From Bugula neritina (taxonomy: Eukaryota > Animalia > Bryozoa), in NCBI GenBank assembly GCA_964035545.1, contig OZ037765.1, positions 9,372,698-9,436,697 of the forward strand: a DNA stretch of 64,000 nt, given 5' to 3'. Below, piece after piece: positions 12,341 through 24,612 of the stretch. The notes beneath the pieces were generated by a model. The model saw nothing but the letters and a program-made list of their open reading frames with translations, did no database searches and had not been told where the DNA came from. A program made the position numbers and the translations under genes. Within the stretch, counting starts at the first letter, position 1. Every line of letters begins with the position of its first letter.

Positions 12341-14817
12341 CTCCTTAATATTTTACATCTATCTATTATTTTGTAAATTTATAATGTGGTAAGACTCCAC
12401 ACCACACTGCTGTAATATCTGTAGAATTCTAAGAATTCTAATATATAGTGAAATTTGGATAATTTAAGCAAAATGCAATGCAAACTAATTATTTTCATTT
12501 TGAATCCTCCATGATTTGAAATAAGTAAATTTAACTAATATGTGGTAGATATATGCCTTTGTTGATGCTAAATAAAATAGGAAAAACTTTTCAATTTTAC
12601 CATGTGAACATATTTAGCACAATAATATTTTCTTACAGATATGCCTATATACATGCACAATGCTATATCATATACACTTATGTTCTATACACTCTAAATC
12701 AAAGTTAAAAAATAGTTAGCTTTTTCTATTTACATGCTTTAATGCTTACCCATCACTCAATATGACCAATGGAGTCTAAAAGATAATGCATATGTTTATT
12801 GGCTAGAAATTCGTAACCATTAAACTATAGTTTCAGTTCAGTGTTCGTAACCTGATGGGCTTTGACATATGCTCTGCCTTTATTATTATGATTGTATTCA
12901 AAGATCTGAGGCTAAATATATGATGTAATTTGGCACATTGCTATTATAATAGCCAGAGATGCACGTAGCTTGTACTAATCAAATGTGTAGACTGTAGAAT
13001 GTAGATTGACAGTGCTGAGCTGATTCACCACAAAACGTGGATAGACTGTTGCTGAGGTCAATAGGTCAACAAACTTGATCGCGATCTTGATTATCAAAAA
13101 GCAAAGTTCACACAGCTGATTATCAAAAGCCTGCCCAATTTCTTTGATTGAACAAAGTGTAGTAGGTAGCGGCCTATGCAGTTAGTCCCTATCTTATCAC
13201 CCACTCGAATATTACAGGTTTTGAGCTAAGAGGAAAGTGTGAAAACAAACCACTTGCTGCTAGTTGTACAACTAGTAGGTGCTGTCTAATTGTGAACTGG
13301 AAGTGTTAATCACCATGAGTACGACAACGTTTGACTCAAATTATATCATAGGTGAACATTTCAGATATTGACTTATGACTCTAGTCATAAGCATCAAGTC
13401 AGAAAAGTAAGTAGCTCAAGGTGTGATCTTGTGGTGACCTTCTCAATTTACAAATCTGCTCTCAAATGTGTAGCCAGTCTGCTTATACTTAATAGCAAAT
13501 ACTAATGTATCTTATGTATTTATGTAGGTTTATGGTCGACTTATAGCTACTGGTTCAAGCACTTACCTGTCAATCTCAATATTACTAATTTTGGCAACAG
13601 GGCAGATTTTAAGTAAGCAAGAAAAACATACTTTTTATAAAGCAATAGCTGTTTAAATGAAAACATTACAGACTTCATACAAAGTAGAAGTACAATTACT
13701 GCCTGCGGTTTAAATCATGGGTTGAAATTCTCGTGAGAATATAACTTCTTTGTTACATTTCTCATCAAGAACACATGCTTTCATCCATTTCTCCAATACT
13801 GCACCTAATTGATTATTTGCTGATGACCACAACCTTTTTATTTAGCCGAAATAATTCCCAATCACTATAGACATAAGGAAATTATGAGTTAAAAGAAGTT
13901 TAAACTTTGTGCTATAAAATAAGTTACAGTAAACATAAGTATGACAAACTACACGTTATTAAAACATTGCAAGCAAGACTGAATGGCTTTTATTTGAACG
14001 TTTCCAACGCAAAATTTGTGGACAAGTTCATTACATTTCTAGATAGGATAAAAATAATGTTATATTATACTCTCATCTTTATTGGCAACACTAACTTTGT
14101 CAAATAGTGAGGTTCTCTGTAAACTTGAAAAGCAAATACCCTCTTTACTTACCTTAAAAACACTTTATTACAAAATTTCAACTCATTTGAAAATTTTAGA
14201 TTCAGTTACTGTTTATTATCTTTGAATAATGCAGGAAATACCCATCTTAAACTATTGCATCTATTGCAAAAAACACTGAAAAATATTTGTAACAAGCATT
14301 TACTTTCTTGTCTAAATCATTATTTCCTAGTCTTTCAATCATAGCTATTTACACTTTACACACAAACCACTGCGACTCTCACACAAACTTGATTTCTCTC
14401 AGCCATCATAATTGCATAACCATTTCGCTAGATTTTCATGGGAAAGTGGAGCTCCAATACTCATCAGTATGAAGTTAACTGTCCAACTCAGGGCTTTGAG
14501 GGTGAAAACTGGTTTTAAACACACAGTGAAAAGCTACTTGATGGCAAATCTATAACAGTAAATTAAAATGGAATTCGTGACTGCTAAACACAAGTTACAT
14601 GATCCTCAAATTAACCAAAACACTTTTACTGTCTTTCAATTGGGTTGTGCTCAATAATGTGTATATTTTGTAACTCTGCAATTTTTTCTGCTTCACACTA
14701 AACATCATAGTTACAAAAATGTGTAAAAATTTAAGGATAATACTGCCCTTTACAGCTAATCTATATTGAAACAAAACTATTGTAGAAGATTTGCAGAATA
14801 CAAAAAGAAATCCAAAG

Positions 14818-16489
14818 ATGAAGGTGAAGAGAGTATTGGTTTGCATTTGTCTGACAATTATAGTTATCATGTTCACTATTTACCTCACCTTTCTCCATCA
14901 TCCACCACCGGATGAGATACTCAGAAACCAGCAGTCAAAGCTCTCACTGGAGGATTTTCAACTTGACCCAAATATAGAACATTCAATGGCAGAAATTGCT
15001 CAAGCTGCATGGGGAGCATGGCTATATCAAAACCAATATGTATCAATTGGCGATGTTTTTGATACCGATTGTGGTAGGTGTAACTCCAAGTTAACCAGTT
15101 GTAGGTTATTAGACATGAAAAGTAGCCTATATAGTATACCAGGTGACCATGTTAAGTTGATCATAGTAGCTCAAAGAACATACCGGTAACTATATAGGTT
15201 AATTAAATGATTTCAATGTTACGCTGTTATGTAACCTTCATTTAAGCCTGTAAATATAATTTTATAATAATGACAAAATTTCTATTCAGCTGGATATTAA
15301 ACAAACCTTTATCTTTCGTGAATTTGGGTATCTGAACTGGAGGATAGTGTATTTTGAGTCTCTGTATAGCTAGAAGGATGTTTTCATACGAACTATAATA
15401 TATTATATAGATGATAAAGAAAGAATTCTGGTTGGGAAATTAGTACTGCTTCCAGACCCAGATACCAATGGAGTAAAAGTTCGTGCATATGCCAACACCT
15501 CTTTTGGTACGTAGAAAGCCAACTTGCAGTTTATTTCATAAATAGAAACAACTAACAATTTTTTAATTAAAACAATGTATAACTATCCTTTTGTTTAGTT
15601 GCTAAAATGTATTTATTGAAATTAGAATTTATAATAAGAAAATAGGGCTCCAAGTTGAGGAAACCAAAACTAAAAGATAATATGAGTTTCAGCAACAGAA
15701 AAGTGCAATTAATTCCATGCTTTGTCCAATAAGTATTATAAATTTTTAGTGGACGAAATTTATATATGTAATGATTTGTAATGATACTTTTGCAGACAAC
15801 CCCATTATATATGGTACACTGCATGCTTTGGTTCACTACAATGGTAAAGAGTTCTTCAACAATGGTCTTGATCTGTGCACAGTTGACAAGAATGAGAAAG
15901 ATAAATCCCAAGTATTATCATGTCCAATCAGCAAAGGCATGCATTTCTTCGTGAAAGAGAAGAAAGTTTCACCATTTCTACCCACAGTAAGCTAATAGGA
16001 CACAGTCTATATAAAACACAAAATGTAATTGTACTGCCATGCTCTAAAGTACACTGCTTTACTGTGTGAGCCTATGTGTAAGAAGCTTACCACACTGTAT
16101 AATATATGTAAACTATTGTGTAAATGTCTTATAAACCAATTTTACTCAGCATGGGTCATTTTATTTTGTCTATCTATATATTTTATACATCTAATATTAT
16201 GTATGTATGAGCAAAGTGACTGCAAGCTTAAAGCCTCAATATTAATATTATTTCAATACCCCATACTGTTTTATACTATTAAACTATTTTGGCCAGCTAT
16301 AAAAGTAACTTATGTAAGTAAACCTTGCACGCATAGGTTCGACTATAGAAATAAATGAGGTTCCTTATACCAAACCTACCTTCTTGATAATAATATTTAC
16401 AATTTTAGGGAGAGTACAAAGTGAAGATTTGGATTACTAATCAAGACAAGATGACAGTCATGTGTTCCAATACACTATTGAAAATATAG
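14818..16489 (+). CDS. ML (MD-2/NPC2-related lipid-recognition) domain protein with N-terminal hydrophobic anchor, 4 exons
   Basis: Exons 14818-15073, 15411-15506, 15796-15986, 16409-16489 join in frame; ML-type pattern DLC..SCPISKG..VSPFLPTGEYKVKIWITNQDKMTVMC; N-terminus MKVKR followed by a ~20-aa hydrophobic stretch. Confidence 0.8.
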
Positions 16490-17023
16490 ATTCAATCAAA
16501 TCACTGTATTTTCAACTACTCAGGGTTATTTGTCAGCTATACGAAACATTATAATTTCTATTTCTCTACACACCATAGATAAATGGGACTAAAAAGAGTG
16601 GCTTTCCATAATTTTGTTTAAATCATCTAAAAACTAGCCATAATAGATTATAACTAGATAAACTCTAGGCTCCTTCTACATGTACTGAGTTCTTCATGAG
16701 TAACTGTATGTGTAAGATACGAGGCCTACATTTCCCTAAAACTGTTTCAAAGTAACTAAGTATTTGTGCAGTATAGATACTTTTCTTTTGTGAATATATT
16801 ATTATATTTTTCATACCTCATACAAAACACATCAGAGGGTTCACAAATCTCACTAATACACTTCGAGTAAAATAGTGTTCTATATAGATAGCAATGAAAG
16901 TATAATTAAAATCATGTATCAACTAATATAAGTACAATGTAAAATAAATATTTTTACCAAATCAACATGAATGTCAAAATTTGAGTACAGACAACACAAC
17001 AGAGCAAACTCGACCATCATGTC

Positions 17024-20000
17024 TCACTTTTGGGTGGGGAAATACGCAGCCACTAAAGCACCGTGTGGTTTTACAGCGTCCTTGCTAATTCTGGCTTTGA
17101 CTGTTGGAAGGAAAGGATCAGCTGGACTAGTAGACCAATTTCTGGTCTTCAAAGGAGCTGGAGCAGGCCCGGGACATTGTGGAAGATACTTGGCGTCTAT
17201 GGCTGGTTGGCTACAACACAAATTATGTAAATATCAGCTAAAAAGTGGACTTGGCGACTCTTTGTTTTGTTCAGGTGGTGACATGGCAAGGTATTAAGGT
17301 CACTGAAATACTTCAAGTGTAGTTTGAGACGCAATGGCGATCATTTCAGGTTTTCAATACTACACAAACTTACATCAGAAGCTGAACCTAGCACACCCAC
17401 TAATACAACTATTTCTTATTTAACAACTGGAACTTCAATATGGAGTAATTAAATATGTGTAAAACAGTAAGAAAATTAGATCATTAGCTACAATGTTTTT
17501 ATATCAACATCAGTTTTTCCAAATTAAACATACCTATTTTAAGCATTGTAGGACCAACATTAGTTTTGCACCCAAGAAAAACAGTCTAATACTTTTCTAA
17601 AAATTAATTGTAGATGAAAGGATAAATGAAAGTAATTATAAACCTTTGACCAGCCTTTGGCATACCTTCTTTATAATATATTCTATAGAATTTACACAAC
17701 CATACATCTCTGGTGGTAGTTTTAACATAATCCATAAGTACAGTAATAAAATAGGATCAAATACATGCTACAAAATCTCAGCCCCCCCCCCCCCCCACAG
17801 AAACATTATTAGATCAACAGGAAACTTACTTCTCTTTGCTTTCATCAGAATTCTCTAGAATTGGTGTACTTTTGAATTTTGGTTGTGGGATTTTCGAGAG
17901 CTGATTTGGAGTAGCATCACCCGACTTGTCCTAAAGAATAAATGCGTAATTTAAACTTGATAATAATTATTACCATATTATAAAGGAAAACAATATAATA
18001 CAAACTAACAGGAAATCTTACCACTTCCTGTGCCAGAAGTTACAAATTGGTTTAAAAATAATGGCTACAATAAAGTTGTGTTTGCACAAATTACTTAGAA
18101 TTCAGTCATGACTGAAGCCCAAGCAGTACTTACAGGAGAGAAGGACTTAGTGAAGTTGCGAGATCCTACAGACTGGGAGATGGACACTGTGTGTGTGGGG
18201 ATAACTCCTGAGGAAGAGCTACTTACACCGATACGTGCTCTTCCCATCTGAACCTGATCCAGTTGTTTGTTCAGCCAAGTGATTACTGTAAGCAAAGCAT
18301 TAACAATCTTGGTGAAAAAAACAAAACAAATCATATGAAAAAATGAAACTTCTGCAAAATATGATCACCAGTACATAAAATTATGAGCGTTAAAAAATTA
18401 ATCAAAACATTTTATGCACAATAACACTAAAAAAGCTACATGTAACTAGCTGGCTACCGAAAATGTATTGGCTACATTTGCACATGGGTTTTCGTTAAAT
18501 AACCTTAAAGGTCACTATATAGCATCAACTATTATTTTCAATATTCCATTATAGATCATCCATTTAAGCCATCATTCTTTAAACCTATTCTAAGCATTTC
18601 TGAAGCAAGCTATGAATGAACTTAAGGCATGTATTATAATACCAGTTGTTTGCTTACCATTCTCATTGCTAGCCAGTTTCTTTTCATATTCTGTATGCTC
18701 AGATTGAAGGAATTCTAACTTTGACTTTAATTCATTTATCTAAATGAAATCAGCTCTACTAAAGTGTGAATTTACTATTTTCATGTGCCATTTAGATTAG
18801 AATAATTGCTTGCATTTTCAAGGACATCACTTGTAGTAATTCCTTGTAAAGTACTGATGTTTAACCAATCAATGCACTCAATTTTAAATAAAAACAAAAG
18901 CATGCCAGAGACAATTCAGATTGATAAAGTTGCCGAGTCAATATATAGAATTATGTGGTTTTATGAAAAAGTCATCCCTAAACTTTTAGAGATAGGTGCA
19001 GTATTGGAGAAATTGAGAAAAGCCCGTGTTCTAGATTAGATATGTAGCATAAGAAGTTGTGTTCTTGCAAGAATTTCAACCGGCACCCCAAACCAAAATT
19101 TAATAAAAAAATGTATAGAACTTAAGCTATCTCAAATTCTCCACTACTGCTCCTAAATAAAATTCTACTAACACAATATATACCTCAAGCTATTGAGACT
19201 GAAACTAAAACAAATGAAAACATACTTCTTTTGAGTTGGAGGTAGCTCGGGTTTCAAGTTCTTGAAGTTCTCGTTGTTGGGTTTCCACTTGCTTTTCCTT
19301 CTCTTTCAGAACTTCTTCTTGTTTCAAGGCTATCTGTGATCTTAGCTTAAGCTGTAGCAAAGGATACTCGAATGTAAATAAACATGTTGTATTTTAACAG
19401 CAGTGCTTAAAGACAGGTGAGAAGTAGTCTACGTTCTCAGAGGGCCCTATCCATATGGAGTTGTATCATTTCATTTAAAGCCAAATCAAAGTCTAGGAGT
19501 CTTAGGCCATGCACAGTTAGCATGTCACCTGTTTTGCTACTAGATATTTTTCTCTGTGTTATGCTTCTCTCTACAGCTGCTTTCATTAGCAAACTATGCG
19601 AGTATAAATTTTTGTGTTTTCATAACTGGTTTGCTTTTAGAATAAGTATCACTAACAATGTAACCAAATGAGATTTTCACAGTGTGTCCAAATATAATGC
19701 ATATATATAAACAGTCTAATATAAAACATAAGAGAAATAATTTGAAACAAGTTAAATCAGAGACAAAACTAATGTGTGTGTTGTTTAACACTATAGCATG
19801 CATCCACGCTTGTTCATTTTCATTTTACGATTTGAACACTAATAAAAAATTGTTAACCAATATTTTTATACTATGGTCATTAAAATATAGAAAAAGGTTA
19901 CCATGATAATGGTCAAAACATTAATGGTGACTATGACCATTTTTACTTTGATGATGACTGTAGTGATGAGTGCAATTTTGATAAAAACATTTAGTTGCTT

Positions 20001-23000
20001 TTAACATGTTTTCTTCTAGTTGACCTTTTTATCAGTTGCAGTACTGCAAGATAGTAATCTATACACACCTTTGAATGCACACTCTTACTATCGTGCTGGA
20101 GCTTACGGATTATTTCATTAGCTTTGACAATCTCATCGGAGAGTGTTTTTATACTCAGCTCCAGGTGAGTCACTCTGGATTTGTTGACATTCAGCTCTTC
20201 TTCCAGAAGTTTCTACATCAACATTAACAGTGTGACAACAGCTGCATGAGTTATATAAAGTCAATATGAGACAGTTAACAATGCTGTGGACACCTTTCTG
20301 ACAAAGAATCAACCCATAAAATATAAATAAATTGCTCCCTCCATATCTCACCAAGCTTCGGGTCCCGAAACATCAATTTTTGACATAGTAGAATACCAGA
20401 TTTAACTCATAGATCAGTGAAATTCAGCCATTTTGTCCTTATACACACATACATAAGCCACAAAACAGGGATCCAAGCCCTTCTCGTGACCTATGAAACC
20501 ATGAGATATAAAGGAAGCACAGAAGTAATCTACTAAGCTTTATCAGAGAAACATTTACCTTCTGAGCTTGTTCAGAGTGTAGGAGATCAGATGAGTGAGT
20601 GACCACGGTGTCTTTATCATTGAGCTGCTGTTCCAGCACAGCAATACGTGTATTCTGCTGATTGGAGGCCTTTTCCTGCCTACATTATTTGTACTGTATT
20701 AGACATTCAACAACAAGACTGATTTAAAACAAATCACTTTTCAAAATTATTAAAATGTAATACAAAGCAAAAAACAATACTCGACTGTTTAGTGGTTCAG
20801 CATTAGGTTAGTATAAAAGTGGTTGCACATGTTAAGATACATAAGGAATAACGTTCAGCTGACAAGCTGGTGCAAGGAAAGAAGCAACACACGGCACCTG
20901 TGTAACTCAGCTTCCAGTTCGGAGTTTTCTTTACGCAGCTGTTGGACATCTAGTCTTGTACTCTTGCATTCTTCCTCCGCAACCGATAGTTTAGCAGTCA
21001 AGTCTCTGATTGAAGCATCATTGACAAACTTGGTCTCAGTCAATTCCTTCAATCATCATACCACAACTATGACTCAATATTATATGTGGTCGCAAGCGGC
21101 CATTTTTATAAAATAGTGAACTATTGATAGCAACAAAGGAAAGTGTGACATACCTTGTTCTGAGTGTCTAACTCATACATTCTTGCTTCCATCTGTTTTA
21201 CAATCTTCATGTGTGCCTGTTCTAAGTCTCTTTTTTCCTGCTGAAATCTTTGCTGGGTAGCAGACTGAGTCTAAATATTCAAAGTCAAATAATTAGAGTC
21301 ACATAAACGACAATCTTTCCAATCATTGACACTCATAGATAAAGTATCTGATAGAAAGGCGTGAAGAGTATGTACCTTCATAGCCTGTTCTTTCTCCATA
21401 TTAAGGCTGTGAGCATGTTTAGCTTGTAACTCCGAAAGTTTTCCTTCCCACTGAACCTTCATAGATGTGAGCTCAGCAGTGCGTGACTCCAGCGCCTTGC
21501 CAAATACATACCAATAGAATTGCACACTCAGCACACCAACATAACTGTCATACGACTGAGAAATGTGAATGAAAATTGTAACATATGTGTCTATGTATTG
21601 TAGGTAATTCTAATGAAAACCCAACAATACACTAATAGCAATAAACACCTTACAAACGATTAAAACTTAGTCAATTGAATAAATTAAATTAAATGAAAGG
21701 TAAAAATTTTGACCTAAAAGCCATGCACTACAAATCAAAAACTAAAGAATATTAAACGCCAGCATCACATTTTGACATCATCAGAAAGCTGAAAATATGT
21801 TCATCAGCAAAACTAATTCCATGTTGTAAAAGACAAATGAATTGCGTAAAGTTAAATCATACCTACATGTTACTTTCACATCATAAAAACTATGTGTTAG
21901 ATAGAATTAGTAAGAAGCTGGGTGACAGAAGAACTTCAAGCTAAATATCTACAACAACTTCAACTCACCTCCTCTGAAGCTTTAAGTGAAGCACTCAAAC
22001 TGGTCTCAGTGCTTTGCAGTTTATTAGTCAAAACTTCGTTCTTGCTCTAAAACACCCCAATACTCTGCTGATTTAAGCACCATAAAACTGTTGAGCCATT
22101 TCAAAATTTAATAAGCTGTTGCTTTACACTTGAAATAGATACTTTTCACACCACATATCATGATGACTATCATCTAGAATTTCTTTAGTTTTTGTAAAAC
22201 TGATTCACTCTCGCCAACTAAATAAATGTGTAATATATTTACAGAACTAAGGTCATACTTTGTAGTCTCTAAGACATTCTGATAGAAATGACTTGATAGC
22301 TGCATCGTTGCCAGGTAGCACTTTGAGAGATAAGTGAATAAGGTGTTTAAAGGGGTTCGTTTCTACGATATTCAGAGTAGAAAACCCATCGCTGATGATC
22401 AGTTGTAGAACAAACCTAAAAGAACATTTTTTTAGTAAATATCTGTTTTTTTTAGAAACATAGACACATGTTTGCAATTGTTTTCAAGTTAATGGGTCAC
22501 ACACATATAAACACAGAGCCTATGTAAATAATGTTTCTATACATTCATCATAAAAACACTACAATATTTTAACAAACAGAGAAATAACAACATCAAAACA
22601 TAAAACAAATTAATAACACACATCAATGGTCAATAAAATAGTTTACTTGGGTATTTCTTTAACTTCCTCATCCAAGCACAAGGTTAGTAATTCCGTAAGT
22701 TTTTGTGGAAATGATGGAAAGTCAACTAGAAGACCTTGATTAAGCTTCAAACTAAAACATTATTAATGTACAAGTCATTAATATTAAACAGGACTGAGTA
22801 GAATCTAAATGCTATTATTGATGTGTGCATATTGAGTTGATTTTAGAGTATTTTATTGCAGCATACAGAAAGTCGTGCATTGGCTATGCCAAATAATTAG
22901 CAAATAACTAATATTTACAATAAAAAGTAAATACTCACGTTTGAAAATCTGTTTCATCCAGCTTGAGCGTGTATAGAAAGAATGTGTCACTGTTATCTGT

Positions 23001-23740
23001 CAGCTGTATGTGCATATACCTCTTTTGTTGTGGAGTTGCAGAAGTGTGAATATTGATACTTAAATTTAGCTTAGAAACTCTGTGAAATATTGTATGTTCA
23101 TTTTTACTAAACATCAGCTCAAAGGGCAAGGCATTATTTAAAATAGCAACTAAATTCTATAACTAAAATTACCAATTCATGTCATTTTATTTCAGAATTA
23201 CTACATCATAATAATAATTTAAATTATTTATATTAGACCAGAAAACAAAACTTTATCACGAACATTATTATATTTCATTATTTACACTTGTAGGAATTTA
23301 GGATTCGTGAATTAATCTTGACCCTAAGGCTTAAGTACTATGTTAAATGGAATGCTTCATTGCTTGCATAACAATTTTTAAACACAACTAAATTACTTGA
23401 AGTTAAAGTTAATATCATTTAATTTTAATTTTATCACAATGATTACTATGACTATGAGTATGACTTCTACTTCTAGTTCTACTAACAGTGATAGCGTTAC
23501 TCTAACAGTTACTAATAAAATTTATATAATATTTTTATCGTGATTAGTAAAACTAAAGACACAAAAAAACAATAATAATATCATAACATAATTATAAATA
23601 TCAATTATAATAGTAACTAATACTAATAGTAATAGCTTAAATAAGCATGGGAATTTAAAACCAAAATTTTACCTGTCTTCTTTATCTTTATTTTTCATTT
23701 GAACGTAGAGAGCTTTGCAGAAAACTGTTTCAGCAGTCAT
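17024..23740 (-). CDS. SASS6: Spindle assembly abnormal protein 6 (centriole cartwheel)
   Basis: Exon 1 23673-23740 ([14 protein letters not shown]); head domain [60 protein letters not shown]; coiled-coil exons ([22 protein letters not shown]); ends AAYFPTQK* at 17024. Confidence 0.95.
18994..19154. mobile_element. MITE family A (~160 bp), SAS-6 intron copy
   Basis: TIR AGG(T/A)GCAGTA.TGGAGAAATTGAGA; same internal sequence as copies at 36903-37064, 38364-38521, 41053-41211, 44668-44826. Confidence 0.85.
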
Positions 23741-23891
23741 TTTATTATTTTGGTGTTATACTATATAATTAAAGATATTTATAATACTCTTTTTCAAAAT
23801 ACTATTAGAAGCTTATTTGTTAATCAATAGGGTGATAATACAAGACAACATAAATATTTTAACTTGCCGCTGTAGCGAAGTGGTAAGTTTA

Positions 23892-23961
23892 ATTGGATAT
23901 AGCGTGGAAGCTAAAAGAACAATTTTATTGGCCTATCTTTCAAGGTGAAGGCGTTGATTGG
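23892..23961 (-). promoter_or_regulatory. Three phased CCAAT boxes upstream of SAS-6
   Basis: ATTGG at 23892, 23927 and 23957 (spacing 35 and 30 bp), 150-220 bp upstream of the SAS-6 ATG. Confidence 0.55.
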
Positions 23962-24612
23962 TTAGAAAGATAGCGTGTACGAAGCATTTTCTATAGTGAG
24001 ACAATAACTCTTAATATGGCCAATAATTATGATCAAAAGAGCTACCACCATTTATGGTTATCATTTTTTGGAGGAAATGGACTACTTCCTTCACAGCTAA
24101 TGAACTTATTATATTTTCTACAAAGCTACATAAATGCAACTCGTTTTTTTGTTGGCATTTAGTACTACTAACTGTGTACCAAGTACTGCAAATCTATAAC
24201 TGAGTTAACTATTACGATTGATTAAATTCGTATTAGGGCCTACTCACAATGTACAGTGATGATAAAAATAATCAAATGTGTCAGACTAAAGCATACTTAT
24301 TTTAAAAAAATGAAAACTGCTGTTGATATTATTTCACAAATTTCTAAAAGTTATTGCATTATTTCGATAAAAAATATAGAGAAGCCAGGGTGCTGCTGAT
24401 ATTAGTTGAAAACATTATAAATTGGTAACAAAATTAGGGCAACAATTAGGACTTTTTGAATGCCATGAATAAACTGTTATGAAATTACGAAAAACATAGT
24501 GTAGATAAAATTTGCATAATTTATTTTAAAATTTATTAGTTCTAAAACGTATAAAAAGGACACCAGATTATGAGTGCATTATATGTACACATATTACAAG
24601 CTGTTCATAAAG

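Noticed and set aside
16971-17297. Antisense ORFs over SAS-6, PTP and ENY2 exons
   Set aside because: Shadow ORFs of real opposite-strand exons.
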